Of a stretch of DNA of 64,000 bases, positions 1 to 12,207 are shown in pieces. The stretch is from Octopus vulgaris (taxonomy: Eukaryota), in NCBI GenBank assembly GCA_951406725.2, contig OX597823.1, forward strand, positions 102,362,001 through 102,426,000, in the 5' to 3' direction. The position numbers were made by a program, and so were the translations under genes. The notes beneath the pieces were generated by a model, which saw nothing but the letters and a program-made list of their open reading frames with translations, had not been told where the DNA came from and made no database searches. The first letter of the stretch is position 1. Each line of letters opens with the position of its first letter.

Positions 1-27
1 CTGTTTATTATATATACATGTATGAAG

Positions 28-423
28 GCCTTGACTGGCTTCTGTGCCAGTGGTACATGACCTGCTGTGCTTGAGGAGACCTACTGAGTCAAGTACATCA
101 ACATCAAAATAAATATCAAATGGAAATTGTACTTGTGATACCTGTGCCAAGCACCATCTGAATGTGGCCAATGCCAGCACTGCCTTGACTGGCTTCTGTG
201 CCAGTGGCACGTAAAAAGCACCAACCGATCATGGCCACTGCCAGCTTACCCTGGTACCTGTGCCAGTGGCACGTAAAAACACTCATGGAGTGGCTGGCGT
301 TAGGAAGGGCATCCAGCTGTAGAAACACTGCCAGATCAGACTGGAGCCTGGTGCAGCCTCCTGGCTTCCCAGACCCCGGTCGAACCATCCAACCCATGCT
401 AGAAAACGGATGCTAAACAATGC

Positions 424-454
<31 letters not shown>
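28..454 (+). mobile_element. RTE-clade LINE 3' UTR/tail fragment
   Basis: Shares GGCGTTAGGAAGGGCATCCAGCTGTAGAAAC...CCAACCCATGCTAG and a (GAT)n tail with the 3' UTR of the RTE ORF at 36459-36951. Confidence 0.8.
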
Positions 455-457
<3 letters not shown>

Positions 458-765
458 GGCTTTGTGGTTAGGGTATTTTGCTCACAATCATAAGGTCATA
501 AGTTCAATACCCACAGGCATGTTGTGTTCTTGAGCAAGATGCCTTATTTCATGTTGCTCCAGTACACTCAGCTGACGAAAATGGGTTGCACATGTGTTTC
601 AAAGGGCCAGCCTTGTCATGCTGAATCTCCCTGGAAACTAGGTTAATAGTATGCAGTATGCATACTGTGGACGGCTCAGTCACTTTTACATTACTTTCAC
701 GAGCAGTCAGTTTCACTTATCCAATCAACTGGAACCCTCATTGTCATAACCAACAGAGTGCCAGA
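455..765 (+). mobile_element. tRNA-derived SINE (related copies at ~9800-10095, ~18620-18760 and ~59390-59765 on the minus strand)
   Basis: Degenerate A box gtggttagg, B box agttcaatacc, followed by the ttgagcaaga...ccagtacactcagctg core shared among the copies. Confidence 0.65.
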
Positions 766-774
766 CTGTATATA

Positions 775-1140
775 TTGAGTTGTCCGGAAAGTTCATGCCG
801 ATTTATAGTAGCTTACCTTTCGACTTATTTTAGAACATGGTTGAGTCCATAAAATAGGATTTGACTACACCTCCATTAAGAGCACAGTTTAAGCTATCTT
901 TTCATAGAAGAGGGTTTATGTTCCTATAACCTGTGTTAAATTTGTAACCCTTTAAAATGGAAGATAAGAAAGTTCATTTTTGGCACTTGATGCTTTGGGA
1001 ACCAGACAAAAATTGCTGCAGCTTGGCTGGGATGTGTTACCCCACCCTCCATATTCACCAGATATTGCTCCTTCAGATTTCCACTTATTCGCGTCTCTAC
1101 AGAATAATGTTAATGGTAAAAATTTCAATTCCTTGGATGT
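775..1140 (+). mobile_element. Internally deleted mariner transposon remnant
   Basis: TA followed by TIR-like TTGAGTTGTCCGGAAAGTTC; transposase N-terminus MEDKKVHFWHLMLW fused to C-terminal TRQKLLQLGWDVLPHPPYSPDIAPSDFHLF (mariner YSPDLAPxD motif). Confidence 0.88.
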
Positions 1141-1190
1141 ACAAAAATTTGAAACCATTATTAATGGGGGTGGGGGATGTTGGTAGTGAT

Positions 1191-1283
<93 letters not shown>
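1191..1283. repeat. (AGC)n(AGT)n compound microsatellite
   Basis: Seen directly; explains the poly-Ser in ORF 957..1307. Confidence 0.95.
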
Positions 1284-2776
1284 TATTTGCTAATTATGAT
1301 GGTGTGATAAAGAGAACCAATTTTAAGTCAATCTCTAATATTCACTAATATTATTGTAATTATTTTGGCAAGTACAAGGTGGCAGTTTCCTCCTCTTCTA
1401 CTTTCCACTAACGACGTGCCACCCCCACCCCCAACTGTAATTTTTTTTTCTAGTATTACCTGTGGATATTACTGCCAATACCTTAATTTTCACAGTTTCC
1501 ATCCTTTCTGAATAACATCCAACATGGTGACAGCTGTGATGCATTTGATCATAAGGTCTCCTGATTCGGCCCCTCCCCCCCCCCCCCGAGCAAAGAAAGG
1601 AGAGGGGAGTGGGTGGGGAATAAACAACAGCAACAGCTGAAAAAGAAAGTTAAAACAGCCCTGGCACATGGGTATGGCTACATACATTACATACCTTACC
1701 TTCATGCCCCAGTGGGTTCCTTTCCTGCTAAGCACCTTTCTATTGTACCAAGCTACTCACCTACCAACTTACCTATATTCCAGTCCACCTTTCATAACTT
1801 CCCAATGTTTTAACCTTGTCTAAAAAAAGAAAATTTTTTAATAAAAAAGAAAAACAAACAAAAAAGAAACCAATCTTATTTCCCCCTCACCTTATCTAAA
1901 TATATGTTCATCTACCCCACAACAGAAATATTAACAAAATAGGTGAGAAAGAACAAATGTTTAAAGCAACACACACACACACCCCACACAAATTACAATC
2001 ATCTTGTAACAGGAAGCTACAACATTGGGTACTTCATATTGAACCTAATGAATTTGACCTCCCTCCCTCCTCTACTCCATAACAGTGTTTACTGACACTC
2101 CAACAATACAAGCTCTCTCTCTCTCCTTCTCTCTCTCTGTCTCTCCCCCCTCCCCATATGACAAAGAAAATAACAACACTACAGGTGCCTTAAGTTCCAG
2201 TTGTTTTGCTTTCATCATCACCCTTTAGAATCATGACAACAACCTATTGACCTGTCATCTCTTAAACAATAAGATCAGGCTGTTAACTGTGACAGCCATA
2301 GTGTAGAGAAAAAAAATATTAGCAAAGAAAATAGGTATTAGGAATGTGTTGCCTGAGGCTGGGCTTTCCTTTTTGTTGTTGTTGTTGTTGGTGGTGGTGT
2401 TTTGTTTTCTCTTTTGTCATTAGGCCTAGTGTTTTTGTCCCCCCCCTCCTTGACCTGACATTTTCTTTCTTTTCATTGGGATCATTTGTAATAACAGGAA
2501 GGTGTTTACATTCTGTTGTTATAAACAGACCTTAAGTTTTTAAGGTCACCAAATCCAAATGAACCTTGGGAACTAAGTCACACTACTAAATAATAAAGAA
2601 ATATATTTTCCTGTAAGTCTTATGACCCTAAAAATATATATTCTTTCCTTAACATTAAATTATCAAAGTGCAGGGGTAAGGTGTACTTATTTTAAAAATC
2701 TGAAATGTTCACAAAAGATATGGGTTTGTGTCCCTCAGGCAACCTTCACCTTTTTTCCATCCAAAAAGTTTTTTAA

Positions 2777-3477
2777 CCCTTTAGCACAAGGGTTCTCAAC
2801 CATTTTTCATCTATAGACCCCTTTGATTAGTATTTTTTTTCTGGTGGACCCCACCATAGTTATTTGGTGTTTAAAAACTAGTTTTATAGATTCTTCTTTC
2901 AAAATTCCTGTTTTGTTTTTCACACATTAACTTGTGTGGGTTGAACTATATAAAAGAAAGAAACCTAGCTGTTTCTTGCATTAAATGCCAGCCATGCCGG
3001 TGGCTCATAAAAAGCACCCACTACACTCTCGGAGTGGTTGGCGTTAGGAAGGGCATCCAGCTGTAGAAACTCTGCCGGATCAAAATTGGAGCCTGGTGCA
3101 GCCATCTGGTTCGCCAGCCCTCATTCAAACCGTCCAACCCATGCTAGCATGGAAAACGGACGTTAAACGATGATGATGACATATATTTAAAGTAAAGTTT
3201 TTTCAGGGGTCCTTAAAATATTATTGTGGATCTCCAGTTTACTATTTTGTTATATGGATCCCCCAAAATTTTATATGGACCCCGGTTGAGAACCACTGTT
3301 TAGCATTTAAACTGACCATATCTGTTAAGCCAGATCTGGCCTTTCACACTTACCCCATTCTAAAAATAAACAATCACATCATTGAAATCCTGAAGCTATG
3401 AGAAAATACACGATTAATTGAAAACAACATGAATCAATAAGCATTACATTTGACAGAGTAATCTGAATGCTAAAAGG
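2777..3477. mobile_element. piggyBac-like MITE carrying nested insertions
   Basis: TTAA|CCCTTTAGCA...TGCTAAAAGG|TTAA; an uninterrupted copy in the opposite orientation lies at 56767-56987. Confidence 0.75.
2787..3298. mobile_element. hAT-like MITE with a nested RTE tail (~2985-3180)
   Basis: TIRs CAAGGGTTCTCAACC / GGTTGAGAACCACTG; flanking duplication TTTAGCA. Confidence 0.75.
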
Positions 3478-4553
3478 TTAACTAAATATTTAAACACTTA
3501 TTTATAACTTTACCTATTTCATTCAACCATAGAAAAACTTTATCACTGACATTTTTATAAATAATATATGGTGGATTGGTTAAGAAGCAAACAAATTAGA
3601 ATTGCTTAGTTTTCAATAAGAAACTAGAATAAGAAAATACTGTATTCAAACAATGAGGGAGCATCTACATGGTTGCTCAACCTGCTAGAAAGAACAACTA
3701 AATTTCTCAATACTTGTACTACAGTCTTAAAAACAGAGGCAGAATGTACTCGTAGATGCAGTCTGTCTTAAAAAAACAAAATGGGATGATTATAGCTGGA
3801 ATGCTGTGATCATAGGTCTGTGTAGTCAGGGATGTCCTGGGGCTGTATAACAAAAGCTATAGTTGAAAGGAGGATTAACTGAATAACTAAGGAAAAAAGA
3901 AAAGCTTGTGAGAAAAATCTGACAACTGACATGCAAACAGCAACAGAAATGCCTTTTCGCTATTTCCTACATGTTTTTCATGCAGGAAAACATATTCATA
4001 TGAAAGCCGTTTGATAGATCTGGATGGAAGATGTGCAAGTATCATGGTGGCCATAGCATTATTCATCATCATCATCATCGTCATCACTTAATGTCCACCT
4101 TCCAAACAATGAGGATGATGAATTCAGTTTTTGAATAGGTATGTGTAGATTTCTGAAGCACTTTACTTAACCATTTCAAAGAAGGGTAGACTGCTAAACC
4201 CTTCCTCTATGTTTGTGCCACAGCTCTCATATGAATAAGAACCAGATTGAGGGTACAACTAAGATAAACCAGTCTCATTAAGAAATTGGTTGAGTGGAAG
4301 CTATTCCTGAACAATTGAGTAGAAATGGTAAATAACTGTATCATGCTTTTCACTCAGGGAATATCTTTTCTTTGCTTCGTTTAGAAGAGACAAGATTCTC
4401 TTGTGAGAAAAATTCATATGGTCTAGAAGGGCTCTCAGAATACTGTGTGTGTGTGTGAGTGTGCTTATATGCATGACTTCAAATTTGCATTGTATTTATG
4501 TGCATAGACATTGAAATGTTTATCTTCATTTTGTACTGGCGTCATCATAGTGG

Positions 4554-5325
4554 TACTCTTTTACTTGTTTCAGTCATTTGACTGTGGCCATGCTGGAGCA
4601 CCATCTTTAGTTGAGCAAATCAACCCCAGGAATTATTCTTTGTAAGCCTAGTACTTATTCTATCAGTCTCTTTTGCTGAACCACTAGATTACTGGGACAT
4701 AAACACACCAGCATCGGTTGTCAAGCAATGTTGGGAGGACAAACACAGACACAAATATATACACACATACACATATATATACATACTAGCAGTATCGCCC
4801 GGCGTTGCTCAGGTTTGTAAGGAAATAACTATAAAGCATTTTTAGAGAGTTATAGCCAAAAAATAGCAAAAAAATGGGAAAAAAATGATGGTAAATTTTT
4901 TTTAGAGTTAAAAAAGGTGGAGTTGCGTCCCCTAGACGGTCTGTGGTTTGGGTTTCTGATTCTCGACCCCATGTCGAATTTATCGATTTTTTTCAGAACT
5001 GGGGGAACTTTTCAAAATTTTCGCTGCGTTAGTTTTGAATTATGACATTGGGCTATGTGTGTGTCAAGTTTCATCAGAATCGGTTGAAAGGGTGAGGGTA
5101 CGAGAAAACAGACACACAGAAAACGCACAGACAAACTGCCATTTATATAGAGAGAGATATATGACGGGATTCTTTCAGTTTCTGTCTACCAAATCCACTC
5201 ACAAGGCTTTGGTTGGCCCGAGGCTATAGTAGAAGACACTTGCCCAAGATGCCACGCAATGGGACTGAACCTAGAACTATGTGGTTGGTAAGCAACCTAC
5301 TTACCACACAGCCACTCCTGCGCCT
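4554..5325 (-). mobile_element. tRNA-derived SINE interrupted by a Helitron
   Basis: Both halves match the reverse complement of the intact SINE at 30704-31126. Confidence 0.85.
4786..5157 (-). mobile_element. Non-autonomous Helitron
   Basis: Minus strand reads A|TCTCTCTCTATATAAATGG...CCTGAGCAACGCCGGGCGATACTGCTAG|T: TC start, subterminal hairpin, CTAG end, no TSD. Confidence 0.85.
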
Positions 5326-5904
5326 ATCTTTATCCTGGTAGATAAAGAGATCATTCTGAGTTCAAATCCTCCTGAGATCAACCTTAATTTTTTCATTGTT
5401 TCATATTTAAATAAATTAAATACCAGTCAAGAAATGCTTTTTGTTTGTGATGAATGGCCATTGTCACTCTGTGCTCCACAACAATTCTGGTGCTGGATTG
5501 GTAAAAGTGCTCTGTAGTATTTCTTGCAGGTTTTTATAGTCTGAGTTCAAATTCTCCAAGTCAACTTTACATCCTTTCAGGGTCACTAAAATAAAGTACC
5601 AGTCACGTTATGGGTGTCGATCTAATTAACTAAGCTGTCCCCATAAAAATGCTGGCCTTGCGCCAAAATTTAAAATCAATAAGGCAGGAAGCTTGTAAAA
5701 TCATGAACACATCTGAGAAAATGTTTAAAAGTATTTCTTTTGACTCTTTTTGTTCTGAGTTCAAATAACACCGAGGTTGACTTGGCCTTTCATCCTTTTG
5801 AGATTAATAAATAAGCACAGCTTAAGCATTAGGGGCAATGTAATCAACTAGCCCTCTCCCTTAAAATTTCAGGACTTGTACCTATAGTACATAGGATTAT
5901 TGCA

Positions 5905-5960
<56 letters not shown>

Positions 5961-5995
5961 TACTATTACTATTATTGATGTTGTTGATGTTGTTG

Positions 5996-6046
<51 letters not shown>

Positions 6047-6120
6047 TTGTTGTTGTTGTTTTTGTTTTTGATGATGATCATGATCATGATCATGATCATC
6101 ATCAGCAGCAGCAGCAGCAG
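5905..6120. repeat. (TTA)n/(TGT)n/(TGC)n compound microsatellite
   Basis: Seen directly; source of the poly-Leu and poly-Asn ORFs. Confidence 0.95.
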
Positions 6121-6496
6121 GAGGCTGGCAGAATCATTAGCACATCAGATAAAATGTTTAGTGACATTCTTTCAGCTTTACTTTCTGAGATCAAATTCTG
6201 AAGCTGACTTTGCCATTCTTCCTTTCATGGCTGAGAAAATAAAGTAGCTGTTGAGCATGGGGTTGGTGGGATGAACTTGTCCCTTTCCCCCTAAATAGCC
6301 TTGTGCCTACAGTTGAAAAAATTATTATTATTATAAGAAGGATGAGTGCAATGGCTGGGAGAATCACTGGAGCCATATTTTGTGACTTCCCTTTAGTTAA
6401 AATCCTTCTGTCAACTTTGTCTTTTCAGAGGGTGGGTGGAGGGGTCAATAAAATAGTGTCAATTAAATACTGGAAGCACTAGGAAGTCTATTAAGT

Positions 6497-6534
<38 letters not shown>

Positions 6535-7329
6535 GCTACTGCTACTGCTACTGCTGCTGCCGCCACTACTATGTGAAGTATCCTGCCAATACTTTGGCAA
6601 GTGTTAAGGTGAAACCACCAAAATATGAAATAACAAGACAAAAAAGAGTTATCCTCTCTACTTAACTAGTGGTGATGCAAGGTGCAACACAGAACTTGGA
6701 TTTATCTGTGTATGTGTGTGTGTGTGTCTGTGTGTATAGTGAGTGAGGGAGAGAGAGAGAAAGAGAAATGATTATAATTTAAGATACTAGAACAATGAGT
6801 CACTAAACAAGTATGTTCATAATTTTATGTTTGATTTTTTTTTTTTTTTGGTTGGTTGCTTGTAGTAGTAATTATGCTGTATTGATGGTATGTCCAGTTT
6901 GGCTAAATGTGTATAGCTTTATTTCCATTTAGGGGTGTATCGTTGTAAAAAATCAGTCTGTCCTCGGATGGCTCCAGTAAGTTTGTGTATGAGAAAAGGT
7001 TGCTAGCGCTCTTGTTTGACCCTTGTCCAAGAAAGTGACACTATGAGTGGTAATGCCTCATGACCCTTTTCACAATGCAACATAGCTGATTCAAGGAGAG
7101 AAAGAGAGTGGGGGGGGGGGGGGGAGAAAATTTTCCATACCAGAAGGATGAAAAAGTAAAATCGACCTCAGTAGGATTTGAACTCAAAGTGCACGTATCC
7201 AGAACAAACACTGCATGGCATTGTGTGTGTGTGTAAATATATACATATATATATATATAAATACACACATATATATGCACACACACACACACACACACAA
7301 ACAGACACATATATGTATATGTATATATA

Positions 7330-7759
7330 TCTATATATATAAAACTCAACTTGTGTGTCTGTGTGTGTGTCTGTGTGTTTAACTTCCCAGCACATCTCCT
7401 TCTAGCCAACAAATCGTAGAACCACCAAAAATGGGTCACTTAAAGTTTAGGCGAATGAAAATTGAACTGCGCTATTTCTGTTCCGAAATTCATCTCGCAA
7501 GTTCAAAAACCAATGATGTGTTTGTTTAGGCCTTATCCCATGCATTGAATAGTGAACTTTACTCAGTCAGCTGTTTGACATGAACTGTGTTCACCACGCA
7601 TGCAAGCATGCGTAAATTGCATGAAAAGTAAAAAATCAAGATATAAAAACGAATTGCTGTAAACATTGTAGAAATTTGGCAAAGAAATTAATTTTCGGGA
7701 TGTAGCCTGGAGGGTTTTTTCGTATTAATCATTTGGACTTTGTGAACACATACCAATTA
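7330..7759 (+). mobile_element. Helitron 5' portion (different family from the abutting element)
   Basis: A|TCTATATATATAAAACTC start followed by (TG)-rich subterminal sequence; runs directly into the element at 7760. Confidence 0.6.
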
Positions 7760-8126
7760 TCTATATATATAAAGCTGAAGTTGTCTGTGTATGGCAGGTT
7801 TGGTAGCCTTCAACTAACACTATCTTCTCCGAGATCCTGTGGCGCAAGTTGACCAAAATTGAGTGTATGATAGAAGAAAGCTTGCTCTTCCTTCCGTAGA
7901 AGAAAAAATTCAAATCAGACCATGTTAACATCAAAAATTATTTACATCAAAAAGGTGCTTTTTTCTATGAAAATCCCTATTTTTTTACGATTTTTTGACT
8001 GTCGCCATTTTTCGGTGTATTTCAACCAGAAAAATGTTCACTTAAAGAGAATAACAAGCTACATAATGCAAAATTTTTACTTTTCAAAAATTCCAATCCT
8101 AAAGCAATGCTGGGTGATACTGCTAG
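7760..8126 (+). mobile_element. Non-autonomous Helitron (second copy at 41774-42145)
   Basis: A|TCTATATATATAAAGCTGAAG...GGGTGATACTGCTAG|T; highly similar to 41774-42145. Confidence 0.88.
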
Positions 8127-8144
8127 TATATATATATATATATC

Positions 8145-8455
8145 ACCATGATCACCGTGACTGACCAGGCTATCAGGTGTTGCTACACATCACTGGTCAC
8201 AATGCGCTTCGCATTGTTTTAGCCTTCAAATGACGCCACCTCGCTGGCTAAGCAAGCAGGCCAACAGAAGAAAAAGTAAGAGAAAGTTGTGGTAAAAGAG
8301 TACAGCATTGATCGCCACCACCCCCTGTCGGAGCCTCGTGGAGCCTTAGGTGTTTTTTCTCAATAAAAACTCACAACGCCTGGTCTGGGAATCGAAACCA
8401 CGATCCTATGACCGCGAGTTAGCTGCCCCAACCACTGGGCCATTGCGCCTCCACA
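8145..8455 (-). mobile_element. tRNA-derived SINE (same head as 33371-33721)
   Basis: Minus strand GGAGGCGCAATGGCCCAGTGGTT...GGTTTCGATTCCC (A and B boxes). Confidence 0.8.
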
Positions 8456-8469
8456 TATATATATATATA

Positions 8470-8541
<72 letters not shown>

Positions 8542-9409
8542 TCTGCCTATGCTCCTCAGTCTGGGATGACTGATGAGCAGAAGGACCAATTCTATGATAA
8601 ATTCTCAACGACAAATATATATATAGGTACCACTTTGGCATGTGATCTACAATTTAAAGGGAGGTTACCTCTTTGTTTACATTGTGTTAGTATTACTTTG
8701 CCGTGTGATCTATGTGAGCAAATTTACTTTGGGTGGGTGACCTACATACTTATTTTAGTTATTATATTGTTTATTCTTGGTTTCTTGTTATTATTACTAT
8801 TTGCTAAGACATAAAGGAAACATGGTTTTATTATTATTAAAATAGTATGAATTTTGTAAAAATACATTTACAATGCTAAGCATGTCCTACAGTAATCTTC
8901 CTTGTAGATCACATACCAAAGTGGCACCTGTGCCTGTGTGCCTCCCTCTCTCTCTCTCTTTGTCTTTGTCAATAGTTGTAAATTTATTGTTGCTGGCATA
9001 TAAGCAGCACCATTCATTTCCAGTATCCTGCAAGAACATGCCTGGCAATGGGAAAATATCTCAGTTGGAAACAGGTGACAGCTGGTGATAGATAAGAAAG
9101 GTATCCAGTTGTAGAAAACCAGCCTCAACAAATTCCATCTAACCCATGCAAGCATGGAAAAGTGGACGTTAAATGCTGATGATGATGAATATATATATGC
9201 ATGCATATTTCTGTGTGTTTGTGTTTGTCCTCACAATCTGAGCAGGTTTGCTTTTGTTTACATCCCTGTTACATAGCAGTCCTGAAAAAAATAAAAATAA
9301 AAGAAAGATAGACTAAGTGCCAGACTTGTTAAGATTCAATCAACTTAACAATTCTCAATGTTGAAACTGGTGGAAGTTCAAGGAAAAGTTGTTGGCTATG
9401 TTATTAGCC

Positions 9410-9788
9410 AGGTGCTGAGAGCACCATCTGAGCGTGATCATTGCCAGAGTGGCTAACTGGCTTCCGTGCCGGTGGCATGTAGGAAGTACCATTCAAGCGG
9501 GATTGTTACCAGCATCGCCTTACTGGCACCTGTGCTATTGACATGTGTAAAAAAAAAAATTCGAGCAAGGTCGTTGCCAGTACCGCCTGACTGGCCCCCG
9601 TGCCGGTGGCACATAAAAGCACCCACTACACTCTTGGAGTGGTTGGTGTTAGGAAGGGCAACCAGCTGTAGAAACTCTACCAGATCAAGATTGGAGCCTG
9701 GTGCAGCCATCTGGTTCGCCAGCCCTCAGTCAAACCGTCCAACCCATGCTAGCATGGAAAGCGGTCGTTAAACAATGATGATGATGAT
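9410..9788 (+). mobile_element. RTE-clade LINE 3' UTR/tail fragment
   Basis: Same conserved tail and (GAT)n end; further copies at ~16432-16807, 24540-24770, 31281-31620(-), 41380-41610, 46218-46545 and 54925-55484. Confidence 0.8.
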
Positions 9789-10912
9789 AGTGTATATAGT
9801 GAAGGCACATGGCTTCATAGTTAAGGTATTCGGCTCATGATTGTAAGGTCGTGAGTTCAATTCCAGCAGCATGTTGTGTCCTTGAGAAAGACACTTTATT
9901 ATATGTTGCTTCAGTCTACTCAGCTGGCAAAAATACGTGGTGCCTGTATTTCAGGTGCCAAGCTGAATCTCCTTGAGAACTACGTGAAGGGTATGCATGT
10001 CTGTGGAGTTCTCAGCCACTTGCAGGTTAATTTCACAAGCAGGCTGTTCTGTTGATCGGATCCACAGGAACCATCATCTTCATAAATGACAGAGTGTTTT
10101 TTCAAAGTTGCTATTAAAATTTGGAATAAAACCACAGATTACAAAGAAAGGAGAGAGTTAAAAGCTGATCAACACAAAGATAGACTGATGGATGGGTGGG
10201 CAGTGTTGGGGGTAAAATGCAACATTTAATACAATGAAAAGAATTGGGTTGATTTTCAAAAGCTTGATGGAAATGTAATTAGCAATTAAATAGAACTAAA
10301 TAGGTTTGTTTCTGTGACAACAATTGGATATATTTTTTTTAATGAGTATTTTTGTTACCCTGTAACCCAATTTTTTCTTATGTCCCTGTTGGCAATTTGC
10401 AGATCAGGAAAGTATTAGCTGTTACACATGACAATAATAAAACAAACAAACTGAATTCCAGTTAGAAGTTTTTAGATTAGTTTCAAGGAAATGTCGCTTG
10501 GTATGTTTTCATTTGTTCTAGCCATTAGACTGCCCATGCTAGAGCACTACCTTGAGGGGATTTAGTTGAATAAATTAACCCAAGTACTTTTTTTTTAAGT
10601 AGTATTTATTCATTCATTTGGCCTCTTGTGCATGCTGCTAAGTTAGGAAGATGTAAACAAACAAACATTGGTTGTCAAGTGGGAACAAACACGATGCAGA
10701 TATATATATGTATGTGTGTATGTGTATATATATATATACACATGATGGTTTCCTCAGTTTCCTTCTATCAAATTTCTCCTACAAGGCATTAATCATCCTT
10801 CCCTTAGGTGCTGCACAGTGGAACCCAAACCTATGTGGTTTCAAAGTGAGCTTCTTTACCACACAGCCATAACTGTGCCTTATGTATGTTTTATATATAT
10901 ATATATATAGAT

Positions 10913-10964
<52 letters not shown>

Positions 10965-10969
10965 GTAGG

Positions 10970-11059
<90 letters not shown>

Positions 11060-11414
11060 TGCACACATACATACACACATATGCACATACATACATACAG
11101 ACATACATATATACACAGACATACATTTTACCCCCAATACTGCCCACCCATCCATCAGTCTATCTTTGTGTTTATCAGCTTTTAACTCTCTCCTTTCTTT
11201 GTAATCAATGACTGGTTGATCTGCAAAGATAGACAACAAAATTCATATGAAACTATTCAATAAATATTCACAAGGCAAATTGTTTGTTTATAAAATACTT
11301 AGAGCAACCAGAACATTTTTTTGTTGACATAAGTTAGGAAAGCTTAGTTATTTTAATTGCTTTAGCATTATGTGTGTGTGTGTGTGTGTGTGTGTTTGTG
11401 TTTGTGTTTGTGTT

Positions 11415-11460
<46 letters not shown>

Positions 11461-12207
11461 TGAGTGAATGAGTGTGCATATTTCTTCATCATCATCATTG
11501 TTTAATGTCCGTCTCCCATGCTTTAGAAATGGGCTTTAGGAAATTTGCTTCACAACCACATGGTTTCCAAGTTCAATTCTGCTGTGAAGTACTTAGGGCA
11601 AATATCTTCTTCTATAGCCTAGAGCTGACTAAAGTCTTACAAATGGATTTGTATAGGAACTGTGTAGAAGCCCATCACGTGTGTGTGTGTGTGTGTATGC
11701 GTGTGTTTGTGTCAAGGTGCGTGACTTTGCAGTTGGTGTGTTGCATTCACAATTATTATGTTGTGGAATCAATTCTCAGACTGGGCAGTGCATTCTGCCC
11801 TTGGGCAAAGTACTTGACTTTATATTACTTTAATACACTCAGCTGAAAATTAGTATCAGTTGCACCTGGAATTTACCACAAGACATTATATCTACCTGTC
11901 TAATGAGCCTGCTAATTTTTTATTGCCATCATTGTCGTCATCACTGCCATGACCATCATTACCATTTAACAGCTACATAACTGTACTTGCTTGGATCAGA
12001 TGGGGTTTGTAAAGGTAGATGTTTCCTAACCCTAACCCTAGCCCTTCCTGTCTATTTTCAAGCAGGGTGATATTTTCCCAAAAACTGTAAACACACAACT
12101 TTACTCGTTTACACCCATGACATGATGTCTAAACTGAGGTTCACTTTGATGCATACACACTTGTCCATACATAAACACACACACACAGGCATACATATAG
12201 ATGCATA

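Noticed and set aside
198-416. Recurrent peptide [13 protein letters not shown] in several short ORFs
   Set aside because: It comes from the multicopy RTE 3' UTR, which lies downstream of the ORF stop at 36459; not a gene family.
12026-12045. Telomere-like CCTAACCCTAACCCTAG
   Set aside because: Fewer than three units; expected by chance or as SINE-derived sequence.
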